Made by a program: the position numbers and the translations under genes
Notes under the pieces: generated by a model
Databases searched by the model: none
Told to the model about the DNA's origin: nothing
The model's input: the letters and a program-made list of their open reading frames with translations, nothing else
Shown: positions 18,554-28,105 of the stretch, in pieces
Numbering within the stretch: position 1 is the stretch's first letter
Layout of the letters: every line of letters starts with the position of its first letter
DNA from: an uncultured Bacillota bacterium
Lineage (GTDB): Bacteria; Bacillota_I; Bacilli_A; RF39; UBA660
Reading direction: 5' to 3'
NCBI GenBank assembly: GCA_946622285.1
Contig: CAMOPK010000004.1
Location: 1-60,566 of the forward strand
Length of the DNA stretch: 60,566 bases

Positions 18554-18582
18554 ATATTATCATAAAATAGCAAATTCGTCAA
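18554..18582 (-). promoter_or_regulatory. Sigma-A promoter for the riboswitch leader
   Basis: TTGACG-17 nt-TAATAT with extended TG. Confidence 0.7.
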
Positions 18583-18618
18583 ATTGATTCATTATAAAAA
18601 AGCAAAAGAAGTAGTTAT

Positions 18619-19932
18619 CTACTTCTTTTCTTCTGCCAATAATTTTTCATATTTATCTTCATAAACATAAATTGCTTTACTACTCATAAATAAGATAACA
18701 GCGTTTTTATGTTTTAATAATTTATCTACTTCATCTAAAGTAATATGCTCACAATTATCGCATTTATCCATGACATCTTTATATGTAACATCATCATATC
18801 CTTCTTCAGGACGATCAGTATAGATATCTGTTATATATGCTTTATCAGCAATATTTAAAGCATCAGCAAATTCTTGTGCAAATATTTTTGCTCTTGATAA
18901 TGTATGAATCATTAAGACAGCAACAATTTCTTTACCTGGATATTTTTGACGAGCTGCTTTAATAGTTACTTTTACTTCTGTTGGATGATGTGCGTAATCA
19001 TCAATTGTAATGATATCTCCATCATTTAATACTTTTTCTTTAAATCTTCTTTTTGCACCTTCAAATGTTTTTAAATACTTAGCAACTTCCTTAGCATCTA
19101 ATCTTTCATAATAGCATACTCCAATTACAGCTAATGCGTTTAATAACATATGTTTACCATAAAGTGGTAAATCAAAGTGACCATAATAATTGTCTTCTAC
19201 AAAAACATCAAAGTCAGTTCCTTCATCATGGTATTCAACATTTCTAGCTTGAATATCATTATCATCATCTAAACCATAGAAAAATATTGGTGGCTTAACT
19301 TCTAATGAATGTGTATATGGATCATCGCCACAAGCAATTATCATTTTTTCAGCCTTGTTAGCATATTCTTGATATGCATCAATTACATCTGAAATATCTT
19401 TGTAATAATCCATATGATCTAGTTCAATATTAGTTATAATTGCATAATATGGTGTATATGCTAAGAAATGTCTTTGCCATTCGCACGCTTCTAAAGCAAA
19501 GTATTTATTATCTTTATCACCATATCCAGTTCCATCACCTATCAAGTAATTACAACCAGTTATATTTTTTAATACATGAGATAACATTGATGTAGTCGTT
19601 GTTTTTCCATGACAACCAGCAATTGTAATGGTTTCGAATTTTTCAGTTAATTTAGCAATCATTTCTTGATAACTATATATTTTTAAACCTAATTCTTTCG
19701 CTCTTACAACTTCTTCATGATCATCTTTAAAAGCATTACCTTTAACAATAATCATATCTTCTTTTATGTTATCTGCACTAAAAGGCAAAATTGTAATTCC
19801 AAGTTCTCTTAAACCATCTTCGGTAAAAAGATGTTCTTCAATATCACTACCTTGGACATCCATACCTAGTCCATGTAAAATTGAAGCAAGTGACGCCATT
19901 CCTGACCCCTTTATTCCTATAAAATGATACAT
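18619..19932 (-). CDS. murC: UDP-N-acetylmuramate--L-alanine ligase
   Basis: HFIGIKGSGM, AGCHGKTTTT, TNIELDHMDYY, GAKRRF, DDYAHHPTE. Confidence 0.96.
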   Translation of the reverse strand: MYHFIGIKGSGMASLASILHGLGMDVQGSDIEEHLFTEDGLRELGITILPFSADNIKEDMIIVKGNAFKDDHEEVVRAKELGLKIYSYQEMIAKLTEKFETITIAGCHGKTTTTSMLSHVLKNITGCNYLIGDGTGYGDKDNKYFALEACEWQRHFLAYTPYYAIITNIELDHMDYYKDISDVIDAYQEYANKAEKMIIACGDDPYTHSLEVKPPIFFYGLDDDNDIQARNVEYHDEGTDFDVFVEDNYYGHFDLPLYGKHMLLNALAVIGVCYYERLDAKEVAKYLKTFEGAKRRFKEKVLNDGDIITIDDYAHHPTEVKVTIKAARQKYPGKEIVAVLMIHTLSRAKIFAQEFADALNIADKAYITDIYTDRPEEGYDDVTYKDVMDKCDNCEHITLDEVDKLLKHKNAVILFMSSKAIYVYEDKYEKLLAEEKK

Positions 19933-20039
19933 TTATTATCACTCCAATTCTTCATTAATATTATACAATAACTTAATAAAATAGTGCAAGACATTAGATT
20001 AAATTTTAAAAGAAAAGAACAAATAGAATATATTTGTTC

Positions 20040-20708
20040 TTAATCACCAAATTCATTTTGATATGAAATAAGTGCTACTGTAGTAAATATTTTATTTTCT
20101 TGGAATGGTTTCATGAAACTTGTGTTTTCATTTTTTACTTCAACTTCATAGGTTGCTTCAATAATATCTTTTGTTAAAGTTCTTGTTTTTAATTTTTTCT
20201 TTGGTAAACTCTTTAACATTGAAGCAACTTCTTCATCATACTTCATATCATATTTTAAAACGAATAGATATTTAGCTTTTCCTTTAAAGTTAAATGAAAA
20301 TCCTAAGAAATATAAAACTCCTAAAATAATTGAACCAACAATAGCTATTACATATAATCCAGCACCTGCCATAATACCTGCTGAAATACCCCAGAACATA
20401 AATCCTGTATCAACTGGTTCTTTTACAGCTGTACGGAAACGTACAATTGAAAGAGCTCCAACCATACCTAATGATAATGATAGATTGGCATTAACTGTCC
20501 TAATAATCAATGCTGTAACCATTGCAAGCATCATTACACATAGTGTAAATGTTTTTGAATATAAAACTCCAGAATAAGTCTTTTTATAAACAAAAATTAT
20601 GAATAAACTAACAACAAAGGCTGTTGCTAATGAAAGAGCCATATCAACAACTGATAAAGTTCCTGTAAACTGATTTGCGATACTGTCTTTTATAATACCT
20701 AAAAACAT
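20040..20708 (-). CDS. DUF4956 membrane protein
   Basis: SLGMVGALSIVRFRTAVKEPVD motif; adjacent to VTC-domain gene. Confidence 0.9.
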   Translation of the reverse strand: MFLGIIKDSIANQFTGTLSVVDMALSLATAFVVSLFIIFVYKKTYSGVLYSKTFTLCVMMLAMVTALIIRTVNANLSLSLGMVGALSIVRFRTAVKEPVDTGFMFWGISAGIMAGAGLYVIAIVGSIILGVLYFLGFSFNFKGKAKYLFVLKYDMKYDEEVASMLKSLPKKKLKTRTLTKDIIEATYEVEVKNENTSFMKPFQENKIFTTVALISYQNEFGD

Positions 20709-20719
20709 ATTTTACCTCC

Positions 20720-21403
20720 TTATTTAGCTGCACGACAAAGTGCAAATTTTGAAACCGCTTGTCTAAATGATGGAATTGTCATTAAAATCATACTTATGTG
20801 TTCTGGTAAGTAGTCATTAAACTTTACTTCTAAAACAACTTGATTTGGATCCTGAACACTACGAGTACTTAATTTGCTGTCAAACAAATCGTAGTTATAG
20901 ACTCCACTTCTAATATTGAAGTCAAATGTCACGCGAACGTCACTTACTGGATATGTTAAAGCAAGTCTTTTATATTCAACAATAACAGATGGTTTTAAAT
21001 TTTTTATTTTCATATCTTTTATAAATTCATTATATAATTTATCATTAGTAAATGCAATATTATCAATATCACCATTAACAATCTCATAAAATTGAGATTT
21101 TGATATTTTGGTTTGATCTTTGGAAGTCATATTCTCATGTTTTAATTTGCGTTCTAATCTTATAAATGAGTCATTATAGTCGTAAACTCTAATGCGATAT
21201 TTAGTTCGATATAAAACTCCATCTAATTTTTCAAAATAGGCAGTTGAATCCAAATCGTCAAAGTATAAACTACTTATTGTATATCCACCCATTCCACCAT
21301 TTGCAAGAGCATCAACTGACATTACAGTTAACAAGCTTTCTTTTAATGCATAAGCTTGTTTTTTATTTATAATATACTTTAATTCATAACGATATCTTCT
21401 CAT
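20720..21403 (-). CDS. VTC-domain (polyphosphate polymerase/CYTH-like) protein
   Basis: RYELKY, YTISSLYFDD, RTKYRIRVY, RVTFD, VLEVKF, SKF. Confidence 0.9.
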   Translation of the reverse strand: MRRYRYELKYIINKKQAYALKESLLTVMSVDALANGGMGGYTISSLYFDDLDSTAYFEKLDGVLYRTKYRIRVYDYNDSFIRLERKLKHENMTSKDQTKISKSQFYEIVNGDIDNIAFTNDKLYNEFIKDMKIKNLKPSVIVEYKRLALTYPVSDVRVTFDFNIRSGVYNYDLFDSKLSTRSVQDPNQVVLEVKFNDYLPEHISMILMTIPSFRQAVSKFALCRAAK

Positions 21404-24306
21404 AAATCACCAAAGTACCTTTCTACTTCAGCACTCGACATTTTGAAGAATGACTTTGCTTGTGAAATCATATATTTTTTTCTATTCTTTGCATAATTTT
21501 TCAAATACTTAATTTCAGTTTCAAACATACTTGGTGAAAAACCATATCGCTTATAATGTCGCTCAACTTCTGGCTTATATATCTTATATAGCTCATCAAT
21601 CTGTTTTATAACACGTTCCTCATTCCAAATATTCTTTAATTGATAATGTAATCTTTCTAAATAAAGTGTTCTGAATTCACTATTTTTAAGTAATGATCTT
21701 AAAATAGTTGTTGAATAAGCACCTTTCATTCCATTGGGATCAGTTGAGAATGTATAATAATTAAAATCAACATTATAAATTGCATTGTCTAAATCGAAAT
21801 AAATCATATGCCATCTATTACCATCAAAATTGGTATTTTGATAATATCTAGTATTTACAATGTCATAATTAGCTACCCAAGTTTCAGCAATCCAAAAATC
21901 AGCTATATCTTGAACGTTGACTAATGTTTTAACATAATCATAGTTAGTCTTTAATGACATGTTATGAGAACTCAAATAGTTGATTAAACTAACTAAATTC
22001 TTTGATGAACCTGTTCTAACTTCCCAGTCAATTTTAACGATATTGGTATTAGTATCATCAGCAATAACATTTTGATTATTTTGAATCAAAAAGCGATCTG
22101 ATCTTTCACGAATGTTATAGAATCCATAATAATTACCATTTATATATAAAACTACTGGATGATAAGCTTGAACCAAAACTGATGTTTGTTTATCTAAAAG
22201 TGATGTTGCAAGAACATCTCGAAATATTTCTGGGGTTGTTGATGGACCATTTCTTGGTTGAGTAGTGCCTGATCTTAAAAGTAAAGTATCAAAACTACTA
22301 TAATCTCTAGTATCAAAAACTTGATAATTTAACTTCCCAGATCCAGTTGAACGCTTAAATTTTAAAGCATAACCATTAGCAATTCCGTATGCACGTGCAT
22401 TACCACCAAACAATTTTAGTTCACAAGGAATTTGAAAACTATCACCATCTTGTTCGTAAAGTTCAGCATAAGCAGTTTTGCTAACGCCTCTTACATAACG
22501 GTTAGCTTGTAAATTTCTGAAATCCGCCGGATCCATACTTAACATAAATACATCGACTGAATGATTCTCATTGATAATATATGTATAAGTTTGTATTTCA
22601 CTTTTATATTTACTATTTTCTAAACCCATTGTTTTAATTACTGTAGTTTTATTTAAAGAAATAGGACCATTATATACTCTAGAATTTGTTGTTGGTCTTG
22701 AACCGTCCAAAGTATAATAAATGGTCCCTTGAGCACTTAAATTAACTTCGAGTGTTTTTATGTTATTATAAATACCTGATTTTACTGAGGATATTGGAGC
22801 ATATGATATTTCTCTTCTACCCGTTCCATTTTCTGCATATGGTGTTGCAGTAGCATAGTAATAAAAACCATAACTACCACGACCGAAACTATAATTGTTT
22901 GGTACACCTGATATATACATAGAATCAATTATTTTATTATTTTTTGTTAAATATAATGATTCAGTTTCAGATATTTTAAAATTTGCATGTTTATATTTTG
23001 TTGTTGTTAAATCTGGATCTCCAGATGCCATGACTATATAATATTCGCCTTTTTTTAGAGTCACTTTTGGTAACTGAAATTTAGTCATATTGTCGGTATT
23101 TGTTGTTAAATAGTATTCATTTAAATTTATATCTTCTTTGGAATTATTATATAATTCAATCCAATCATAATATCTACTACCATTATGAGGTAAATATGAT
23201 TGATTATAATTCATTACTTCATTAATAATTAGAGTTTTGGGCTTTTCTAAATATTTTTTTGCAAATGAATCAATTCCTTTTTCACTATTAGAATATCCTG
23301 GACTTACAATGCCAGTCTTTTCGTATTTATTATTTAAGTAAACTAAAGCCGTTCCATTAGCTAGTTTTTCATATTCAAGTTTACTAACAATTTTCCCGGA
23401 TTTTGATAGAACTGCTACACCACTTTCACTATTTAGTTTAAAGTTGGCATGATATTCAGAACTTATTTCAAGATTTTTACCGGATGTAAATATTGCAAAC
23501 GATTCACCTGAACTTAATGTTTTATTTGGTAACTTATATGCAAATGGATTAGTCAATGAATTACCTAGTGTATATTCACTTAAGTTAATTCTTTCATTAC
23601 TCACGTTCGTAATTTCAATAAATCCAGAATAATCATTGGCTTTTGTTAAGAAGTTTCCTTTGTTTCTTGGCAATATTTCAGTAATAATTATTTTATTATC
23701 TAAGGCTTCAAGACTCTTATAATATTCAGTTAAGCCTTCCTTAGTATTTGCATAACCTGGAGTTGGTTCCAAACCGCGTTGCCATTTGCCATTTGTATCA
23801 CGAAACATTACTTCATTTTTATTTAAAGCAATGGTTGTAACACCATCAATTATTTTTCCAGCAGCATTTACTAAAATTACATCTTCACCGCCAGAACTTT
23901 TAAGTTTAAAGTTAGCATAAAGTCCATCGTGATTTAAACCGGCTAGGTTAACAATCACATAACTATTTGCATCTACATATGTATCAGGAAATACCCATTT
24001 AAAGTTCTTTTTATTATCAGATAATGCATAATTTTTTAGATTTATTTCATGATCTTTACCATTATATATTTCAATCCAATCGAAACAGTTACCTGATGTA
24101 TCAGAATATGCACCTTTATTAGATGACATAATTTCTGTTATAAGTACTTTATTTGTGCTCATTTCACCATTTTCTTCTAATTCTTTTTCTTCAAGAATTA
24201 ATTTTTCATTTTGAAAAAGCATTGTAGCAAAAAGACTTAAGGCAACTATAGCAATAGAAACAATTAAGAATAATGAATTCTTCTTTATTGCTTTTTTGTT
24301 AATCAT
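21400..24306 (-). CDS. Membrane-anchored CotH kinase with three lamin-tail domains and an FN3-like domain
   Basis: N-terminal TM; three LTD starts (ITEIMSSN/ITEILPRN/INEVMNYN...DWIE.YN); IYYTLDGSRP; CotH YYGFYNIRER and WHMIYFDLD. Confidence 0.88.
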   Translation of the reverse strand: MINKKAIKKNSLFLIVSIAIVALSLFATMLFQNEKLILEEKELEENGEMSTNKVLITEIMSSNKGAYSDTSGNCFDWIEIYNGKDHEINLKNYALSDNKKNFKWVFPDTYVDANSYVIVNLAGLNHDGLYANFKLKSSGGEDVILVNAAGKIIDGVTTIALNKNEVMFRDTNGKWQRGLEPTPGYANTKEGLTEYYKSLEALDNKIIITEILPRNKGNFLTKANDYSGFIEITNVSNERINLSEYTLGNSLTNPFAYKLPNKTLSSGESFAIFTSGKNLEISSEYHANFKLNSESGVAVLSKSGKIVSKLEYEKLANGTALVYLNNKYEKTGIVSPGYSNSEKGIDSFAKKYLEKPKTLIINEVMNYNQSYLPHNGSRYYDWIELYNNSKEDINLNEYYLTTNTDNMTKFQLPKVTLKKGEYYIVMASGDPDLTTTKYKHANFKISETESLYLTKNNKIIDSMYISGVPNNYSFGRGSYGFYYYATATPYAENGTGRREISYAPISSVKSGIYNNIKTLEVNLSAQGTIYYTLDGSRPTTNSRVYNGPISLNKTTVIKTMGLENSKYKSEIQTYTYIINENHSVDVFMLSMDPADFRNLQANRYVRGVSKTAYAELYEQDGDSFQIPCELKLFGGNARAYGIANGYALKFKRSTGSGKLNYQVFDTRDYSSFDTLLLRSGTTQPRNGPSTTPEIFRDVLATSLLDKQTSVLVQAYHPVVLYINGNYYGFYNIRERSDRFLIQNNQNVIADDTNTNIVKIDWEVRTGSSKNLVSLINYLSSHNMSLKTNYDYVKTLVNVQDIADFWIAETWVANYDIVNTRYYQNTNFDGNRWHMIYFDLDNAIYNVDFNYYTFSTDPNGMKGAYSTTILRSLLKNSEFRTLYLERLHYQLKNIWNEERVIKQIDELYKIYKPEVERHYKRYGFSPSMFETEIKYLKNYAKNRKKYMISQAKSFFKMSSAEVERYFGDL

Positions 24307-24383
24307 TTAATCACCTCAAGTCTACTATTTAATTATATCATACTATAATCTAATTTATCATTGAATTTAATAATTTTACATAA

Positions 24384-26288
24384 TTAAATTTCATAATTAT
24401 CTTCAAGAGAAAATTCAACATTTTCTTCAATCCACTCTTTACGTGGTTCTACTTTATCACCCATTAAAACGCTTACTCGTTTTTCTGCTAAAGCTGCATC
24501 AACAATGCTAACTTTAATCAAATTACGTTTTTCTGGATCCATAGTAGTTTCCCATAGTTGCTCACTGTTCATTTCACCAAGACCTTTATATCTTTGAACA
24601 ACACATTTATTTTTAAATTCGCTTTGGGCACTTTCTTTTTCTTCATCTGTCCATGCATATTTGACATTTTTACCATTACTTACTTTATATAATGGAGGCA
24701 TTGCAATAAATAGTTTCCCAGCCTCAATTAATGGTTTCATATAACGATAAAAGAATGTTAGAAGAAGTATTTGAATATGTGCACCATCATCATCAGCATC
24801 GGTCATTATGATTACTTTATCGTAATTTGACTCAGTAACATCAAAATCACTACCACATCCAGCTCCAACTGTATAAATAATGGTATTAATTTCTTCATTT
24901 TTAAGAATTTCTTCCATTCTTGTTTTTTCAGCATTAATAACTTTACCTCTTAAAGGAAGTATTGCTTGAAATTTACGATCTCTACCTTGCTTTGCAGATC
25001 CACCGGCTGAATCTCCTTCGACTAAGAATAATTCATTCTTTGCTGGATTTTTAAGTTGAGCTGGTGTTAATTTCCCGCTTAAAAGTCTTTCTTTTTTACC
25101 TTTATCGGTTCCCTTACGTGCTTCGTCACGAGCTTTTCTAGCTGCTTCACGAACAATCTTACTCTTTAACATTTTATTAACAACATTTGTTGCAATCTCT
25201 TTATTTTCTTCTAAAAAGTATGCTAATTTTTCAGTAACAATACTATCTACTGCGTTTCTTGCTTCTGGAGTACCTAATTTAGATTTGGTCTGACCTTCAA
25301 ATTGTAATAATGATTCTGGAATTTGCAAACTTAAAATTGCAGTTAAACCTTCTCTAGTATCAGTTCCTTCAAATGTCTTATCTTTATCTTTTAATAATTT
25401 ATTTGTCTTAGCATAGTCATTAAAAACTCTTGTTAAAGCAGATTTAAATCCAACTTCATGACTACCACCATCAGTTGTTTTTACATTATTAACAAAAGAT
25501 ATAATGTTTTCAGAATATGTATCAGTATATTGAAAAGCTACATCAACTTTGATTCCATCTTTTATTCCTTCAAAACTTACAACTGGATGAATATTATCTT
25601 TATCTTCATCTAGATATTCAACAAAACTTTTTAGTCCATTATCATAGTGATAAATTTCTTGTTTTTTCTCGGCTTCATCATATACTTCGACAGTTAAATC
25701 TTTAAGTAGGAACGCATCTTCTTGCATTCTTTCACATATCGTTGAAAATGAAAAAGTGTTATTTCCAAATATTTCATGATCAGGATAAAATCTAACTTTT
25801 GTTCCTGTTTTACTCGTTTTATCCATTTTCTTAAGTGGTACTGCTACTTTCCCACCATTTTCAAAACGAATATAGTATTCATAACCATCACGCTTAATAG
25901 TTACTTCCATCCATTTACTTAAAGCATTTACAACAGATGCACCTACACCGTGTAATCCACCAGATACTTTATAACCGCTGGTTTCAAATTTACCACCAGC
26001 ATGTAATACTGTATAAATTACTTCTGGTGTAGACATACCACTTGAATGCATACCAACTGGTACTCCACGCCCTTCATCTTCAACAGATACACTGCCATCT
26101 GCATAAATGATTATTTTGATTTTATGTCCGAATCCATTGATAACTTCATCAATAGCATTGTCAACTATTTCCCATACAAGGTGATGTAATCCTCTTTTGT
26201 CAGTTGAACCAATATACATACCTGGACGCTTTCTTACGGCATCTAACCCCTCTAGTATCTTTATTGAACTTTCATCATACTTTACCAT
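24384..26288 (-). CDS. parE: DNA topoisomerase IV subunit B
   Basis: AVRKRPGMYIG, EIVDN, VEGDSAGG, IMTDADDDGAHI, QRYKGLGEM; ParE-type end LMGDKVEPRKEWIEENV. Confidence 0.9.
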   Translation of the reverse strand: MVKYDESSIKILEGLDAVRKRPGMYIGSTDKRGLHHLVWEIVDNAIDEVINGFGHKIKIIIYADGSVSVEDEGRGVPVGMHSSGMSTPEVIYTVLHAGGKFETSGYKVSGGLHGVGASVVNALSKWMEVTIKRDGYEYYIRFENGGKVAVPLKKMDKTSKTGTKVRFYPDHEIFGNNTFSFSTICERMQEDAFLLKDLTVEVYDEAEKKQEIYHYDNGLKSFVEYLDEDKDNIHPVVSFEGIKDGIKVDVAFQYTDTYSENIISFVNNVKTTDGGSHEVGFKSALTRVFNDYAKTNKLLKDKDKTFEGTDTREGLTAILSLQIPESLLQFEGQTKSKLGTPEARNAVDSIVTEKLAYFLEENKEIATNVVNKMLKSKIVREAARKARDEARKGTDKGKKERLLSGKLTPAQLKNPAKNELFLVEGDSAGGSAKQGRDRKFQAILPLRGKVINAEKTRMEEILKNEEINTIIYTVGAGCGSDFDVTESNYDKVIIMTDADDDGAHIQILLLTFFYRYMKPLIEAGKLFIAMPPLYKVSNGKNVKYAWTDEEKESAQSEFKNKCVVQRYKGLGEMNSEQLWETTMDPEKRNLIKVSIVDAALAEKRVSVLMGDKVEPRKEWIEENVEFSLEDNYEI

Positions 26289-26369
26289 GATATCACCTAT
26301 ATAATTATAACAAAAAAATGTAAAATTTCAAATAAAAAAAGACATTTCTTTAATGTCTTTTATTTATTA

Positions 26370-28025
26370 TCATCTTTTTTCACCAAATAATTCACCTGGA
26401 ACTTTGGCAGTAAAATGACTTGGCTTATCAACACCTAGCGCATAAAGTGCAATCGCTGCAACGTCTCGATTTCTAACACTACTATTTAATGTTACTTTAT
26501 TTACTGAATGCCCGGCTACAGCAACTATTACAGAGGATTCTTCAACAGTATGACCACCATGTCCTTTGGTTGTTTCACCATGATCAGCAACAACAATAAA
26601 TAAGCTATCTTTCATCAATCCTTTGCTATTAATGGCATCATATATTCTACCCATTCTTTTATCCGCTGTCACTGCAGCATTATAATACTCATTACTGAAT
26701 CCGCCGTGTGCATGAGCATTATGATCAACTTCATCAAAATGGATAAACATAAGCGTTGGTGTATTACTACTTTTAATATATTCAATAGCTTTATTAGTAA
26801 TTGTCTCGTCTGACCCATTACTATATAGTTTTACTCCTATATCATTTTCAATAATTCCAATATTTATTGGACTCCAACTAGATGTTGAAACCAAATTAGC
26901 TTTTGGATACTTCTTATATGTGTAATAAAAAATTGAAAGGTTTTTATTTTTAGATGTATGCCTATTATTAGCAATTGAATCATTAGTATAGCCATGTACA
27001 TTATAGGCAACTCCAGTTAAAATTGATCCCCAATTCTGTGCACTTATTGTTATATATTCACATTGTGCATTATGGCGATATGCATAATTTTTAAATATGC
27101 GGTCAAAGTTTGGTGAACTAACTTTATTAAATGTTGCACCAAGACCATCAATTCCAAGTATAAATACATGTTTATAAGCACCAAAACTATTATATTTTGT
27201 AACTTCAATTTCGCATGTTGCTTCTTTATTTCCATCATCTGTTACTACTTTGATAGTTGTTTTGCCAATTTTTTTAGCTGTTACTTTCCCATTTTGATTA
27301 ACTGATGCTATTGATGCATCTCCTGTAGACCAAATTAAATCCTTATTTGTAGCATCACTTGGTGTTATTGTTGCAACTAAATTTTCAGTAGCACCTACAT
27401 ACATTTTAATGCTTGTTTTATTTAAATTAATACTTTCAACTGATGTATTAACAATTATTCTACATGTTACTTTTACTTTTCCTAGTTCATCGGTAATAAT
27501 TATGCGAGTTACACCATCACTTTTTGCTGTTACGACTCCATTTGCATCTACTGTTGCAATGTTTTCATCGTCACTTTTATATATCAATTTTTTTGAAGTT
27601 GCATCTGTAGGTACTATCGTCGTTTTTATAGTTGCTTTATTACCAACACTCAAATTAATATCATTTTTTGCTAATTCAATTCTTTGAATTTCTTTTTCGA
27701 TTACAACTACCTTACAAGTAGTATTATCATTTCCTTTTGAAACAATTATACTTGCTTCTCCTTTAGCAATTCCTCTTATAGTGCCATCGTTTGAAACAGT
27801 TACTATGTTCTCATTACTACTACTCCAAGTAACACTACTATTATCGGTATTATTTACTTTGAGAGTCATTTGATCGCCAACAAAAAGAACTACAGAACTA
27901 CGATTTAGGCTAATCGCATTAGAAGTAGTTTTAGCAAACAACAAGAGATACAATACTATAGCTATAATAACTAGAATAACTATGATTGAAATACTATAAA
28001 GTAAGCTAGATCTGTCATCTTTCAT
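26370..28025 (-). CDS. Membrane-anchored surface protein: three Big_2 repeats + alkaline-phosphatase-superfamily (NPP-like) domain
   Basis: N-terminal TM; TWSSSNENIVTV-type repeats; ILGIDG, TISAQNWGSILTG, DEVDHNAHAHG, VVADHG, GHGG. Confidence 0.85.
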   Translation of the reverse strand: MKDDRSSLLYSISIIVILVIIAIVLYLLLFAKTTSNAISLNRSSVVLFVGDQMTLKVNNTDNSSVTWSSSNENIVTVSNDGTIRGIAKGEASIIVSKGNDNTTCKVVVIEKEIQRIELAKNDINLSVGNKATIKTTIVPTDATSKKLIYKSDDENIATVDANGVVTAKSDGVTRIIITDELGKVKVTCRIIVNTSVESINLNKTSIKMYVGATENLVATITPSDATNKDLIWSTGDASIASVNQNGKVTAKKIGKTTIKVVTDDGNKEATCEIEVTKYNSFGAYKHVFILGIDGLGATFNKVSSPNFDRIFKNYAYRHNAQCEYITISAQNWGSILTGVAYNVHGYTNDSIANNRHTSKNKNLSIFYYTYKKYPKANLVSTSSWSPINIGIIENDIGVKLYSNGSDETITNKAIEYIKSSNTPTLMFIHFDEVDHNAHAHGGFSNEYYNAAVTADKRMGRIYDAINSKGLMKDSLFIVVADHGETTKGHGGHTVEESSVIVAVAGHSVNKVTLNSSVRNRDVAAIALYALGVDKPSHFTAKVPGELFGEKR

Positions 28026-28083
28026 TTCACACCGCACCTATTATAATAATTATATGTTAGGTATATATAAAAGTCAATGTAAT

Positions 28084-28105
28084 AAAAAAAGCCCGAAGGC
28101 TTTTT
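28084..28105 (-). terminator. Intrinsic terminator
   Basis: AAAAAGCC-TTCG-GGCTTTTTTT. Confidence 0.85.
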
